Below, piece by piece: positions 63,205-64,000 of a stretch of DNA of 64,000 nucleotides; position 1 is the first letter of the stretch, and each line of letters starts with the position of its first letter. The notes below the pieces were generated by a model. It did no database searches. It worked only from the letters and a program-made list of their open reading frames with translations, and was not told the origin of the DNA. Origin of the DNA: Alphaproteobacteria bacterium (GTDB lineage: Bacteria > Pseudomonadota > Alphaproteobacteria > UBA6615); NCBI GenBank assembly GCA_965261975.1, contig CBDHEC010000003.1, positions 62,142-126,141 of the forward strand, read 5' to 3'. A program made the translations under genes and the position numbers.

Positions 63205-63709
63205 TCAGAACGGAATTTCGTCGTCGAGGTCGCCGCCCGGGCCGCTGCCGCCGCCAGAGCCACCACCGGAGGACCCGCCGCTGTCGGGGCCGTCCCAGGA
63301 CGGGTGGCTCGTCGTTGCCGCCGCCGCCGCCGTAGCCACCGCCACCACCGCCGCCACCGGCGGAATCGAGCATCGTCAGCACGCCGGAGAGGCGTTGCAG
63401 GACAACCTCGGTGGTATACTTCTCGATACCGTCGTTACCGGTCCACTTACGGGTCTGCAGGGAACCCTCGAGATAAACCTTGGAGCCCTTCTTGACGTAT
63501 TTTTCGACAATGTCGGCCAGCCGCTCGTCGAACACGACGACCCGGTGCCATTCGGTCTTTTCGCGGCGTTCGCCGGTTTGCTTGTCACGCCATTGTTCGG
63601 AGGTGGCGACGCTCATGTTGGCGATCTTCTGACCCGACTGGGTAAAGCGGATCTCCGGATCGCGGCCGAGATTGCCGACAAGAATGACTTTGTTAACTGA
63701 GCCTGCCAT
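63205..63709 (-). CDS. ssb: Single-stranded DNA-binding protein (net one extra base shifts the C-terminus)
   Basis: [19 protein letters not shown]...KTEWHRVV...[16 protein letters not shown]; the canonical DLDDEIPF-stop tail ends at 63205 in another frame (505 nt = 504+1). Confidence 0.93.
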
Positions 63710-63781
63710 TGTTTCCCCCTCTTGGATGAATTCGACGGCACTATAACGGGTGGTGAATAACGAGTGGAGTCCGTTTCGCGG

Positions 63782-64000
63782 CTACTGTTCCCGGGGCACC
63801 GGAAAAGCCGTGTCTTGGAATCCCTTGGCCTTGGCAATGAACTCGCGGGCGATCTCGATGATCTGTTCATCGGGTTCCTCGAGCTTCACGAGCGCGGCAA
63901 TCCCGATCTCCAGCAATGCCATGCCGTACACGTACTGGCTTACACCCTGATCCTGAAACTGGACGAGCGCGTCGGAAAGCACCAGATCGGCCTTCTCGAA
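63782..64000 (-). CDS. Hypothetical protein (5' end off the window)
   Basis: Open frame from the window edge: FEKADLVLSDALVQFQDQGVSQYVYGMALLEIGIAALVKL...PREQ*, with coding-like codon usage. Confidence 0.6.
   Translation of the reverse strand, partial: FEKADLVLSDALVQFQDQGVSQYVYGMALLEIGIAALVKLEEPDEQIIEIAREFIAKAKGFQDTAFPVPREQ

Overview
High-GC alphaproteobacterial chromosome segment (Rhodospirillales-like, judged from the ssb-gyrA-coaD-tRNA-Lys synteny and GyrA features), probably from a long-read or metagenome assembly. It is mostly housekeeping and small-molecule catabolism: amrS, a form II CoxL-like Mo hydroxylase, cysQ, sua5, speD-speE, gmhB, glcB, a TroABCD-type Mn/Zn ABC operon with mntR, chaC, coaD, gyrA, ssb and tRNA-Lys(UUU). 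I saw no CRISPR array, integrase, transposase or prophage. The most unusual items are: (1) an 11.1-kb ORF for a FecR/poly-Ala/RTX/LamG surface protein whose eighth LamG domain is cut and joined in frame to the C-terminal half of a GabD-type aldehyde dehydrogenase (a deletion or a misassembly); (2) tandem haloalkane-dehalogenase-fold genes with HGNA in place of the canonical HGNP, which from memory is the Renilla-luciferase-type residue, sitting near two LinD/PcpC-like GSTs; (3) a 44-codon ORF coupled at both ends between troD and mntR; (4) a structured leader and perfect CRP-type box upstream of speD-speE; (5) a shikimate-dehydrogenase-fold protein lacking its catalytic motifs; (6) a membrane-anchored pentapeptide-repeat gene. 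Two frameshift-rich zones, one including essential ssb, each surround a REP-like hairpin and are most likely sequencing errors. All family assignments come from motifs recognised by eye, not from database searches.
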